Assembly (NCBI GenBank): GCA_002269645.1
Contig: NIVC01001593.1
Location: 115,960 to 179,959 of the forward strand
Source of the DNA: Macrostomum lignano
Taxonomy: Eukaryota
Length of the DNA stretch: 64,000 nucleotides
Direction: 5' to 3'
Every line of letters begins with the position of its first letter. Positions within the stretch are counted from its first letter, which is position 1. The notes below the pieces were generated by a model. It ran no database searches. It was not told the origin of the DNA and worked only from the letters and a program-made list of their open reading frames with translations. This document shows, piece by piece, positions 37,182 to 48,886 of the stretch. A program made the position numbers and the translations under genes.

Positions 37182-40100
37182 ATGGCGGCAGCCGGTACAG
37201 ATGCTGACCAATCGGGAGCGGCTGCTGGCGAAGATTGCCAAGTTGAGGTGAGCACCAGGATGAAGGTAGTGCACCGGCAGCTGGAGGAGCTGGACAGGTT
37301 CAGAGAGGAGCGACTCCGAGCCGAGGAGACCGACGACGACAACGAGAAGTCGCTGACTAACAAGGACGCCCTGCTGATTGAGACCAACCCGATGGAGCGG
37401 GCCGAGGTGCTCGCCAACGAGGAGGCTGGAAAACGGGACCGGATGAGGCGCGAGGATAGCAAGAAAGTGCTGCAGCAGTACATTGACATGCAGGTGAGAG
37501 CTTAACAGGTACATTGGCAATATTAATCCCAATTCAATTGTCAATCCCAATCCCAATTCCAATCCCAATCCCAATTCCCAATCCCGATCCCAATCCCAAT
37601 CCCCCAATTCCCAATCCCAATCCCAATACCCAAACCCAAATTCCAATCCCTCAATCTCAATCCCAATGCCCCAATCCCAATCCCAATTCCAATCTCCAAT
37701 TCCCAATCCCAATACCCAATCCCAATTCCAATCCCCCAATCTCAATCCCAATCCCAATCCCAATCCCCCAATCCCAATGCCCTAATCCCAATCCCAATCC
37801 CAATCCCCCAATCCCAATGCCCCAATCCCAATGCCCCAATCCCAATCCCAATCCCAATGCCCCAATCCCAATCCTAATCCCAATGCCAATGCCAATCCTA
37901 ATCCCAATCCCAATCCCAATCCCAATGCCCCTATCCCAATCCCAATGCCCCAATCCCAATCCTAATGCCCCAATCCCAATCCTAATCCCAATGCCAATCC
38001 CAATCCCAATCCCCCAATCCCAGTCCCAATCCCAATCCCAATCCCCCAATCCCAGTCCCAATCCCAATCCCAATCCCAATCCCCCAACCCCCCAATCCCA
38101 ATCCCAATCCCAATCCCAATCCCCCAATCCCCCAATCCCAATCCCAATCCCAATCCCAATCTCCCAATCCCCCAATCCCAATCCCAATCCCAATCCCAAT
38201 TCCAATCCCAATCCCCCAATCCCAGTCCCAATCCCAATTCCAATCCCCCAATCCCAATCCCAATCCCAATCCCAATCCCCCAATCCCAGTCCTAATCCCA
38301 ATTCCAATCCCCCAATCCCCCAATCCCAATCCCAATCCCAATCCCCCAATCCCCCAATCCCAATCCCCCAATCCCAGTCCCAATCCCAGTCCCAATCCCA
38401 ATTCCAATCCCCCAATCCCAATCCCAATCCCAATCCCCCAATCCCAGTCCCAATCCCAATCCCAATTCCAATCCCCCAATCCCAATCCCAATCCCCCAAT
38501 CTCAGTCCCAATCCCAATTCCAATCCCCCAATCCCAATCCCAATCCCAATCCCCCAATCCCAGTCCCAATCCCAATTCCAATCCCCCAATCCCAATCCCA
38601 ATCCCAATCCCCCAATCCCAGTCCCAATCCCAATTCCAATCCCCCAATCCCAATCCCAATCCCAATCCCCCAATCCCAGTCCCAATCCCAATTCCAATCC
38701 CAATCCCAATCCCAATCCCAATCCCAATCCCAATCCCATTCTGATTTTCACAAGCAAGAAATTCGAGAATTTCAGAACCACGCATCAGTTCTAATTAATC
38801 AGCTTTCCCTTTCTTGAATTTCCACCTGTCGCTGCTCAATCTCTCCACTGCCTTAATTATCCTCCAGTTTCAAGCTTCATTGAACTATACCCCATCGTTT
38901 TGATGCAGTTTTACTGCTCGGAAAATAATGCGCAAGTATGAATCTGAGAAATCCAAGGATAGGGGGGAAGCTGGATCCCTAGCTCCGAGTGCCACCTGAT
39001 GTTGTATTGTGATGCTGAGTCCTTATACACAACCCCATAATTATCTGCTGAATGCCGCATGCAGTCACTGCTCCGATAGAGCAGTAACTCAGTTGCTAAA
39101 CCCGACCGCGACTTCCCCTCGCATTCTAGCCGATTCAATGTGTCTGTTTTCTCCAATGTATAACAACTGCAACTGGCATGACCCGGCCGGTGAAAGGCAA
39201 TTCACATGTTGACATTTTATGACTGAAAGAAACGAAGCAGACTCGTCTTTATCTTTTATCATTCAAGATCACAATTACTTTCCGCTGCCCCACTATCCCC
39301 TGTCCGCTGCCCCACTATCCCCTGTCCGCTGCCCCACTATCCCCCTGTCCGCTGCCCCACTATCCCCCTGTCCGCTGCCCCACTATCCCTTTCCGCTTCC
39401 CCACTATCCCCTGTTCGCTGCCCCACTATCCCCCTGTCCGCTGCCCCACTATCCCCTGTCCGCTGCCCCACTATCCTCCTGTCCGCTGCCCCACTATCCC
39501 CTGTCCGCTGCCCCACTATCTCCTGTCCGCTGCCCCACTATCCCCTGTCCGCTGCCCCACTATCCCCTGTCCGCTGCCCCACTATCCCCTGTCCGCTGCC
39601 CCACTATCCCCCCTGTCCGCTGCTTAAAAATCTCAAGGTTATTCGACCATTAAGCATTTTATAGAGACCTAGGGCATTCTACATGTACTGCACAAGCGGA
39701 AATCATCACAAAAACAATATCCAACGCTTTGCACCATCCCCGATTCGCATCCGGTGAAGGTGATGGCGGAGATCAAGCGTCGGAAACGACTCAGCGAGGC
39801 TGGCAAGAGCTTCGGCGGCTCTGCGGATCTGCAGAGCGACTCTGGAGACGACAGCGGCCAGGAGTTCGAGCCGGCCCGAGGTTCGAGTGGACGAAATGAT
39901 TCTGAGGAGGACAAACAAAAAGAAAGTCTGAATCGGCGCGAGCCGCTTGATGAGGCTGCTTCGAAAGCTGAAATTTTTTATAAGACTGCTCTGGAAACTG
40001 AAACCGTTGATGACGCTGCTCTGGAAACTGGAACCGTTGATGAGGCTGTTCTGGAAACTGGAACCGTTGATGAGGCTGTTCTGGAAACTGGAACCGTTGA

Positions 40101-40497
40101 TGAGGCTGCTCTGGAAACTGGAACCGTTGATGAGGCTGTTCTGGAAACTGGAACCGTTGATGAGGCTGTTCTGGAAACTGGAACCGTTGATGAGGCTGTT
40201 CTGGAAACTGAAACCGTTGATGACGCTGCTCTGGAAACTGGAACCGTTGATGAGGCTGTTCTGGAAACTGGAACCGTTGATGACGCTGCTCTGGAAACTG
40301 GAACCGTTGATGAGGCTGTTCTGGAAACTGCAACCATTGGAGTGGCTGTTCCGGAGGCTGAAACCGCTAATGAGACAGCTCCACAGGCTAAAAACTCTTC
40401 ATCCACAGCTGATGATGAAGCAAATGCTTCCCACGATGCTATCAAACTGAACTCATCGGGCGACGACAAAAAGTGCGTTGGGTATGTACATATGTAG
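37182..40497 (+). CDS. Uncharacterised charged/coiled-coil acidic protein; exons 37182-37493 and 39760-40497 (end uncertain); includes a 10-aa (30-bp) repeat LETGTVDEAV
   Basis: GC-rich coding-like exons. ATG at 37182 is preceded by an in-frame stop. Donor CAG|GTGAG at 37494 is phase-compatible with AAG|GTG at 39760, though that acceptor is weak. No family recognised. Confidence 0.55.
37524..38738. repeat. Degenerate (CCCAAT)n hexamer array in an intron of the uncharacterised gene
   Basis: Seen directly; explains the PI/NP/QS and GL/GI/WD ORFs. Confidence 0.95.
39281..39623. repeat. 22-bp minisatellite (GTCCGCTGCCCCACTATCCCCT)
   Basis: Seen directly. Confidence 0.9.
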
Positions 40498-43152
40498 CAG
40501 ATTCTAAATTATATACTTCAGTACTACGGAGGCTTTTTACATAGGCTGATCGATCAGTCTACTATATTATTACCTCATTTTACTACTTTTATCAGCATGC
40601 GAGTATAAACTGACAGTCATTCCCCCCTGAACCACTCACAGGTCGCGTGAGGCTGGCAGTCAGCGCTCTGACTATGTTTAAATTTCTGCAAACTTAATTG
40701 ATTCGACTGCAATTCGATACCGAGAGGTTGCAGAGAGTAGAACTGTGAACTCGCGACTCAAACTAACTGAAGTGAAATGTTTTTTGCTACCGATAAATTT
40801 ACAGTATAAAGTTAAGGTTTATATAGCAATAATTGTATGCGTATAATATTGGAACATTTGTGTTTTTATAATGTCAAAAAAGACTACACACGCTATGCAC
40901 TATATAATTAATTCTAACGAAACGATCCGTTGGGTCAATTTTGCTGTACTGTACCAGCATGGATATACAGTCGAGAGACCAATCAAAACAGTTTTGTCAA
41001 GTGACTTTACCCAAATGTATTTATATTTATGTAAATTAACATTAATGAGTGCAGTAAAATGATTGCATCCGAAAAAATAAAATGCTGCGTACTAATAACT
41101 ATGCTTCATATGCAGGGAATTCAAATAAATCAGACGCAAAGGCAGTAAGTTTTTCTATTTAGTCTTAACGATACAGAGCTAGTATATGTATATATATAGT
41201 AATAGTAACATTACATGCATGCGCACTTGCATGGGTTCCTACGGCGGTTCCAACGGCAAATAATAACACCGACAATCGACATGTGACTGCTTAAAATCCC
41301 ACTGAACTTTAGGAATTTATAATAGGTGCATTGGATTTTAAATATTTAAATTAGTGCATGCCAGACTTGAATTTTTATTCAAATTATGAATGAAAAGCAA
41401 TTTAGCCGCACTACTACAGCGTTTAACAACGGCTTACCCTAACAATCAGCGCATGCAACAAGCAATATATTTTGCAGATATATATAGAATGTAAATAAAT
41501 AAAACATATTTACTGTCTTTTGTTCGTTCTAGGCTAACTGAAAATTACAGCAAGGAGCATTTGTTAATACTTCTAAATTAGCCAGATTTTAAAACATAAA
41601 ATATTACGCATCAATTATTCCAAGAAACAATGTCTTGAATAATAATGCATTGCATTCTACATGCAGACTGCAGATAAAATAAACATTAATGTTCTGATTT
41701 TTTACAAATGTGAACTTGCTTCATATTTTTTCCATTATGCTATAATGAATGGTCTGTTGGTACCTCCTAGGTAAAATAAGAATGACTATGACTAGGCCTA
41801 CAATTTTCATGAAACTTATGTGTAAAAAGTTAAAAAAATTAATGAATAAGTGTGGAATATAAAAATCTTATAAGTGTGAATTAAGCCTATCAATTATTAG
41901 ATGAGTAAGCCCATGAGTCATAAGTAGGCCAATGGTTCCTAGACCTTAATTTGAAAAAATGTATTAACATATTATAGCCCCCTAACAATAATAATAATAA
42001 TAATAGGGCCTAGTTACACCCCACGGCCACACCAGCCACAGGAGTGGCCAAGAGGGGGGAGCATCAAATCGCGCCTCTCAGAGCTAGGTCTCTAACATAC
42101 TTCACACCGGCCACCTGGCTGGGTGCTTGCAGCTCGTGTATCTTCAAAAAGGCAATTGATATAGTGGGCTGATTGTCCCTGGCCATGCCTGCGTGGTCCC
42201 TGTGGGTTCCATAGCAGGATGTCCTGCAGTGGCTCTGGGCAGTAGGCTTTGGCCCGAATGACATGTCTGGCAAGCTGCAGGCGCTGTTGACTTAGCGGGG
42301 CAAAAGGCCGCATTAGGGCTTAGGCCTATGCGCTTATATAGGGACTTAGTTGTCTCGCTACCAAGGCCATGGCGGGTGCCAAAAATGGCGCAGACTAGGG
42401 GCCTAGGGCCGCATGCTCCGCATGACTGCATCAAGCTGCGCCTCAAGCGCCCTAGTCAGCATCCAAGTCTCAGCATTGTACAGCAGGGCAGTCTTAACAA
42501 CTGCCTAGAATAGCTGAGACCTGGCGCCGTTGGACAGGGCATTAGAAAGTAGCACTGCCTGCACAGATTAGAAGGCAGCCCAGGCCTTGCCATGCCATCT
42601 TGCTGGGTTTTCACTGATGTCAAGCACCAGTCCTCCAAGGTAGACAAACTGAAAGCACTTTGGGAGTGCTATCCCAGGGCTGTTATCATCTCAAAGTTGA
42701 ATCTCAGCGGGTTGATCATGTGGCACCATCAGCACCTTGGTCTTCTTGGCATTGATGACAAGACTGACCTTTGCTGCCGCCATAGTCAGGCTGTTCAGCA
42801 GCCATTAGGCACCTTTGGCTGTCGAAGACAGCAGGGCAAGGTTGTCCACATAGCCAAGGACAGATAGTTTTTTCTCTAGGTGCCGTCTAATGGTGTGCCT
42901 TTGCAGCAGAAAACTATCCTCTGTTGTTGGTAGGCTAGTCCTAAGCACCTAGTCCATCACCAGCACAAAGAGAAAGGGCACCAAAGTGTTACCCTATAGC
43001 ACTCCAGAGGTCATGCTAAATAGGTCCAATGATCCATCTGGCATCACTACTGCGGTGGTGGTGTCTTGATACAGTGCCATGATAGGGGCCTAGCAGAGAT
43101 CAGCTGTTGCACTATGTTGTAGGCCAGGGTTTTTTTGTACGCAAAGTGTGCA

Positions 43153-46100
43153 TCCTTTATATACTAAAAATGAGTTGTCTGTGGGTATGCGATAGATTTC
43201 AGAAAAATTGGCTCAACCGATTTTCTTCAAACTTGCACCATTCGATCAGAAATTTTCCTGGGACGGTACATGCATCTTGGCTAAGAAATTGCTCAATGTT
43301 AAAGGGATTAAATATTCGAAAAACATGCTTTTTTGCAAAGGTCACGCAAAATTTTCGACTTGAGATGCATTGTAAGAATGCTAGAGAAAAAACTGACTGA
43401 CTGAATTCCGATTGTGATAAAGATTGCATCACAACAAGTAGAAAACAGTGCCGAAGAAATGCACACACGACATGATTTAGATTGCGTAACCATATTGCTA
43501 ACTTGAAGTGAGACTGATACTGGCTGACTGAGAAATTGATTATGTCATAACTTTTTACTCCAATTGACTTGCTGTAAGAATTGAATTATAAGGGCCACAA
43601 TTCATGTTCTCCAATTGAAAAGAGATAGCCCTGATGCGAACAGACTGGAATGCTAATATAGCGACCTGGGTTCGAATCTTAGTAGTGCAAAAAGATTTTT
43701 TTATTAAAACACCTTAAAAACACAACAAAACTGCTAAACATCAAAGAAGCGCAATGTCAAACATAGAAGAGCCAACATATCGAACATAAAAGAGTTACCA
43801 TGTCAAACATAGAAGAGCCACCATGTCAAACATAAAAGACCCACCATGTCAAACATAAAAGAGCCACCATTTCGAACATTAAAGAGCCACCATTTCGAAC
43901 ATTATCGAGCCACCATTTTGAACATTAAAGAGCCACCATGTCAAACAATTAGGAGCCACCATGTCAAACATTAAAGAGCCACCATGTCGAACATAAAAGA
44001 GCCACCATGTCGAACATAAAAGAGCCACCATGTCAAACATATATGTGACTTTATGTCAAACATTAAAGAGCCACCATGTCGAACGTTAAAGTGCCACCAT
44101 GTGTAACATAAAAGAGCTACATCATGAAGAACATTAAAGAGCCACCATGTTAAACATAAATCTGGCATGATGTCAAACATTAAAGTGCCACCATATCGAA
44201 CATTAAAGAGCCACCATGTCTAACAGTAAAGAGCCACCATGTCGAACATTAAAGGGCCACCATGTAGAACATTAAAGAGCCACCATGTCAAACATTAAAG
44301 AGCCACCATGTCAAACATTAAATAACCACCATGTCGAACATTAAAGAACCACCATGTCGAACATTAAAGAGCCACCATGTCAAAAATAGAAGAGCCACCA
44401 TGTCAAACATAGAAGAGCCACCATTTCTAACATTAAAGAGCCACCATGTCGAACATTAAAGAGCCACCATGTCTAACATTAAAGAGCCACCATGTCTAAC
44501 ATTAAAGAGCCACCACGTCGAACATTAAAGTGCCACCATGTCAAACGTAAAAGAGTCACTATGTCGAACATTAAAGAGCTAGCATGTCAAACATTAAAGA
44601 GCCACCATGTGGAACATTAAAGAGCCACCATTTCGAACATGAAAGAGCCACCATTTCGAATATTAAAGAGCCACCATGAAGAAAATTAAAGAATCACCAT
44701 ATCGAACATAAAAGAGCCAGAATGTAGAATATTAAAGAGCCACTATGTCGAACATTAAAAAGCCACCGTGTCAAACACTAAAGAGCCACTATTTCGAACA
44801 TTAAATAGCCACCATGTCAAACATAAAAGAGCCACCATGTCGAACATTAAAGAGCCACCATGTAGAATATTAAAGAGCCACCATGTCAAACTTTAAAGAG
44901 CCACTATGTCAAACGTAAAAGTGACTTTATGTCAAACATATCAGTGACTTTATGTCAAACATATAGGTGTTTTTATGTCAAACATTAAAAAACCACCATT
45001 TCGAACATTAAAGAGCCACCATTTCGAACATTAAAGAGCCACCAAGTCAAACATTAAAGAGCCACCATGTCAAACATAAAAGAGCAACCATGTCGAACAT
45101 TAAAGAGCCACCATGTCGAACATTAAAGAGCCAGCATGTCAAACATTAAAGAGCAACCATGACAAACATTAAAGAGCCACCATGTCAAACATTAAAGAGC
45201 CACCATGTCAAAAATTAAAGAGCCACTACGTCAAACATTAAAGAGCCACCATGTCGAACATTAAAGAGCCACTATGTCAAACATTAAAGAGCCATCATGT
45301 CAAACATTAAAGAGCCACCACGTCAAACATTAAAGAGCCACTATGTCAAACATTAAAGAGCCATCATGTCAAACATTAAAGAGCCACCACGTCAAACATT
45401 AAAGAGCCACCATGTCGAACATAAAAGAGCCACCATGTGAAACATACACGTGACTCAATCTCAAATAGTAAAGAGCCACTATGTCAAACATAAAAGAACT
45501 ACCATGTCAGACATAAAAGAGCCACCATGTCAAATTTACAAAAGCCATCATGTCAAACATAAAACAGCCACATATACGTGACTTAATGTCAAACCTTAAG
45601 GAGCCACCATGTCAAACATTAAAGAGCCACCATGTCGAACATTAAAGAGCCACCATGTAAAATACAAAAGAGCTACCATGTAAAATATAAAAGAGCCATC
45701 ATGTCAAACGTGTACGTGACTCAATGTCAAACATTAAAGAGCCACCATGTCGAACATTAAAGAGCCACCATGTCAAACATAAAAGAGTCACCATGCCAAA
45801 CATAAAAGAGCCACCATTTTAAACATATACGTGACTCCATGTCAAACATTAAAGCGCCATCATGTCAAACGTATACGTGACTCAATGTCAAACATTAAAG
45901 AGCCAAATGTCAAACAACTTAGCCACCATGTCAAACAAAGAAGAGACACCATGTCAAACATAGAAGAGCCATCATGTCAAACATAACAGAGACAACATTT
46001 CAAACGTAAAAGGGCCGCCATGGTAAACATAAAAGAGCCACTATGTCAACATTAAAGAGCCACCTTTTTAAACATAAAAGAGACACCGTTTCAAACATAA

Positions 46101-46734
46101 AAGAAGTTTCATGCCAAACAAAATTTAGCCACTATAAATCTAAGGAAATTGTTGCACTAGCTACTTTCTCTGGTGGATGCTTGCTATTTAAGGATGGATA
46201 CTTGCTATCAAGGGGATGCTTGCTATCGGAAGGATGCTTGCTACTGGGGTAACTTGCTATTGGGAGATGCTTGCTCTTGGGGGTGGAGGGTACTTGCTAT
46301 CTAAGAGGGGGCTGCTAGATATCTATAAGGTCTCTTTGTATCCAGGTTAATGCTTGCCATCCGGGGTTGCTTGCGGTCTGGGGGATGCTTGCTATCTGGG
46401 GGATGCTTGCTATCAGGGGTTGCTTGCAGTCTGGGGGATGCTTACTATCTGGGGTCTGGGGGATGCTTGCTATCTGGGGGATGCTTGCTATCTGGGGTTG
46501 CTTGCTATCGGGGAGATGCTTGCTATCTGGGGGATGCTTGCAGTCTGGAGGATTTCGCTATTTGGGGATCGATGCTTGAATGCTTTCTGAGGATGCTTGC
46601 TATCTTGGGATGTTTTGTTTTTAGAGGGAATGTCTGTTGTTTTTTATGAAGGCTTTATTTTGCTGTCTATTTGTTATTTGTAAAGAACAAGGATTCTATC
46701 CAGATGTCCCCCATCGGGGGGCGAAGATTGCTAG
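43153..46734 (+). mobile_element. Non-autonomous Helitron, full-length copy A, with internal 23-bp (AAAGAGCCACCATGTCAAACATT, ~43755-46130) and 18-bp (~46170-46600) arrays
   Basis: A|TC 5' end (TCCTTTATATACTAAAAATGAG). 3' hairpin GTCCCCC-ATC-GGGGGGC followed by CTAG|T. Inserted between A and T with no TSD, the canonical Helitron signature. Confidence 0.88.
43625..43690 (+). other. tRNA-derived (SINE-like) segment inside Helitron A
   Basis: B-box GGTTCGAATC at 43669-43678 and a degenerate A-box-like TAGCC.. upstream. Confidence 0.45.
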
Positions 46735-47369
46735 TATGCACCCTAAATTTTAAAATCGCACCCTGACATTAAAAAAGTTGGTGCGGTTTAGGTGCGGTCT
46801 TATAACCATTTTTCTTTAAAGGCTTAACCATGCTTAAGCTATTTTTCATGCACTGCCTTAAAATGTGAAACAAAATAACTCTTTAAATCCTATTAAGTCA
46901 TATAAGCGATATAGCCTATGGCTATAGCCTTATGTAAGATATTAAAATATATATTCCCAGTTGTCTGAAACAAGACTCAAGAGAAATTGCACTCTGAGCC
47001 TTAAAATTGCACCTTGAAATTTGGCACAAGGTGCGATTTCGCACCTTGTCTCTGGCAAAAAAACCCAGTTGTAGGCATGGAGCACATAAGGCAGCCGCCA
47101 CGTGCCACCAAGTCAAAGGCCTTGAGGAAGTCAAAAAAGAGTTGATAGTTAGCCCCCTAGCTAATATTAGCCCCTTAGTTAGTATTAGCACAACAGCCTG
47201 CCTTTATGTATGCAGCCTATGCACTAAATTTTAGTCAGTTTTGAAATCAATATAAAAAATAATAAAGAGCAAAACTTCAAAAGACATATAAAATTCTAAA
47301 AAATACAGAATTGATTTTTTATTCATAGGCAAATCCAGGTATCCCTAGATCTAGAGCATATATACATGC

Positions 47370-47521
47370 GCAACCTTGGTAATCACTCAGCCATTTCTAT
47401 TAGCAACACACACATGCAAGTCACTATTGGCTAAGAGCAGTCATGTGACTACTATTCTGTCCAATAGCAACTTACATGTGTGTGTTACCAATAGAAATGG
47501 CCAGGTGAATCCCTAGGTTGC
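47370..47521. repeat. Decayed palindromic MITE-like inverted repeat
   Basis: ~60-bp arms align at roughly 80% by eye. It is preceded by TATACATGCGCAAC, identical to the TIR of the 12040-12315 MITE. Confidence 0.65.
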
Positions 47522-48886
47522 ACCCAAGCATGATCTAGAGTCATTTTGTCTACTATCTTGAGTTTGTACCTAGTAAAATGTAGAATCTACAGCAAAATTA
47601 GAATGGAATAGCATAGTAAAATATGGAATCTATAGTAGAATGGTAAATTATAGAATGACATAGAAATGGGACACATTTTTTGTTTAAAAATATTTTAGAT
47701 TCTACTTACTTAAAAATAGAAGTATAAAATGCTAAATTTAATATAGGAATCCAAAAATTATAATTTTTGGAATTGATAAGCTACTAATATATATAAAATA
47801 TCACATGTATCAATTCTTAATATTTTTTATAAAATATATATAGCTATATTATAGTAATGTAACTATATGAAAAAGATATATATGCATAGGCCTATATAAA
47901 AAGAAATTTATAATATGAAATGATTCTATATTAAGGAAAACTGAACTAGAAACAGTAGCATCTATTAGTAGGCCTACTCAAAGTAATAAATATAGGTTTT
48001 TATGAATACTATAGCTAATAAGTATTAAAAACATTTTAATATTTTTTCTTTAGCAGTTTGGTCATTTTTTAAAGGTTTTATTGTTATAAGATTATATACG
48101 AGCTATATATAGTTAATAGTGTCATAGTTAAGATCATGGCACACCTGCACTAGAATAAATTTTAGTAAAACTTGTATTTGAATCTGTTTCATAGAAACTG
48201 CAATGTTATTATATTTTAATTAAAAAAGCCATCATAACCAGCAAACAAAAAAGTGCTAATAAAAAGAAATCTAAATATACTAAATCTCTAATATTTGTTT
48301 GTTTGTATGCTTGTCCATAACGCTCTAGAGACTGCAATTCTTCACCGATTTTGATCGCGTTTTTGCCAATTGTATACTAATTTTCTGTGTGCAAAAATAT
48401 TGTCTTACCAAAAATTTTGTTTTGCAACAAATTGTACCAATTTTTTGTCTTGCACAATACTGTGCTAGATTTTCCCCCTTGCTTGCTATTGTACTGGAAT
48501 GTGTCAACATGGCACACATCCAACCATTTTTGCTTTGGAATTTTCCATGAAAAAGGCCATCTTCCTGACTATGGTCATAGTGTACTTTAGCCATCCTACA
48601 TTCACACTTTATTTGAAGTTAATGGAATCTGCAGTTTATTCTACAATTTACAATTCTGCTACAAATTCTATATTTTACCAAGTACTTTTTTGTGTACCTT
48701 TACTAAATAACTTTTTGAGAAAAAAAGAAATTAAATTCAGTTATATATATTGTAAAGCTGCTTTTTCATAACCAAAATTTGTCAGTTATATGAAAACTTA
48801 TAGTAAGATATCATTTTTGTTGGTATAATTTTATTTTGTATAATATTTTAGGGAAATGCAATAATTGATAACCTAGCTTTAATATT

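Larger units (their letters stand above)
43125..47068. mobile_element. hAT-type MITE (~362 bp once the Helitron is removed)
   Basis: TIRs CAGGGTTTTTTTG vs CTGGGTTTTTTTG (12/13). Perfect 8-bp TSD TTGTAGGC at 43117-43124 and 47069-47076. Confidence 0.85.
41985..47149 (-). mobile_element. 5'-truncated, degenerate RTE-like LINE interrupted by a hAT MITE and a Helitron
   Basis: The minus strand reads FFDFLKAFDLVARG (47112-47138 area) ... LPYVLHAYNIVQQLISA .. IMALYQDTTTAVVMPDGSLDLFSMTSGVL*GNTLVPFLFVLVMD ... LSVLGYVDNLALL ... FVYLGG ... LLYNAETWMLT. A (TAT)n tail lies at ~41987-42005. A 10-bp TSD TAGCCCCCTA is at 41975-41984 and 47150-47159. Confidence 0.85.

Noticed and set aside
37524-38738. Interstitial telomeric repeat
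   Set aside because: The unit is CCCAAT/ATTGGG, not the CCCTAA/TTAGGG metazoan telomere repeat, and it is heavily degenerate.
37514-38794. 426-aa Pro/Ile/Asn ORF and the opposite-strand Gly/Trp/Asp ORFs
   Set aside because: These are translations of a (CCCAAT)n array lying between a donor (37494) and the next exon.
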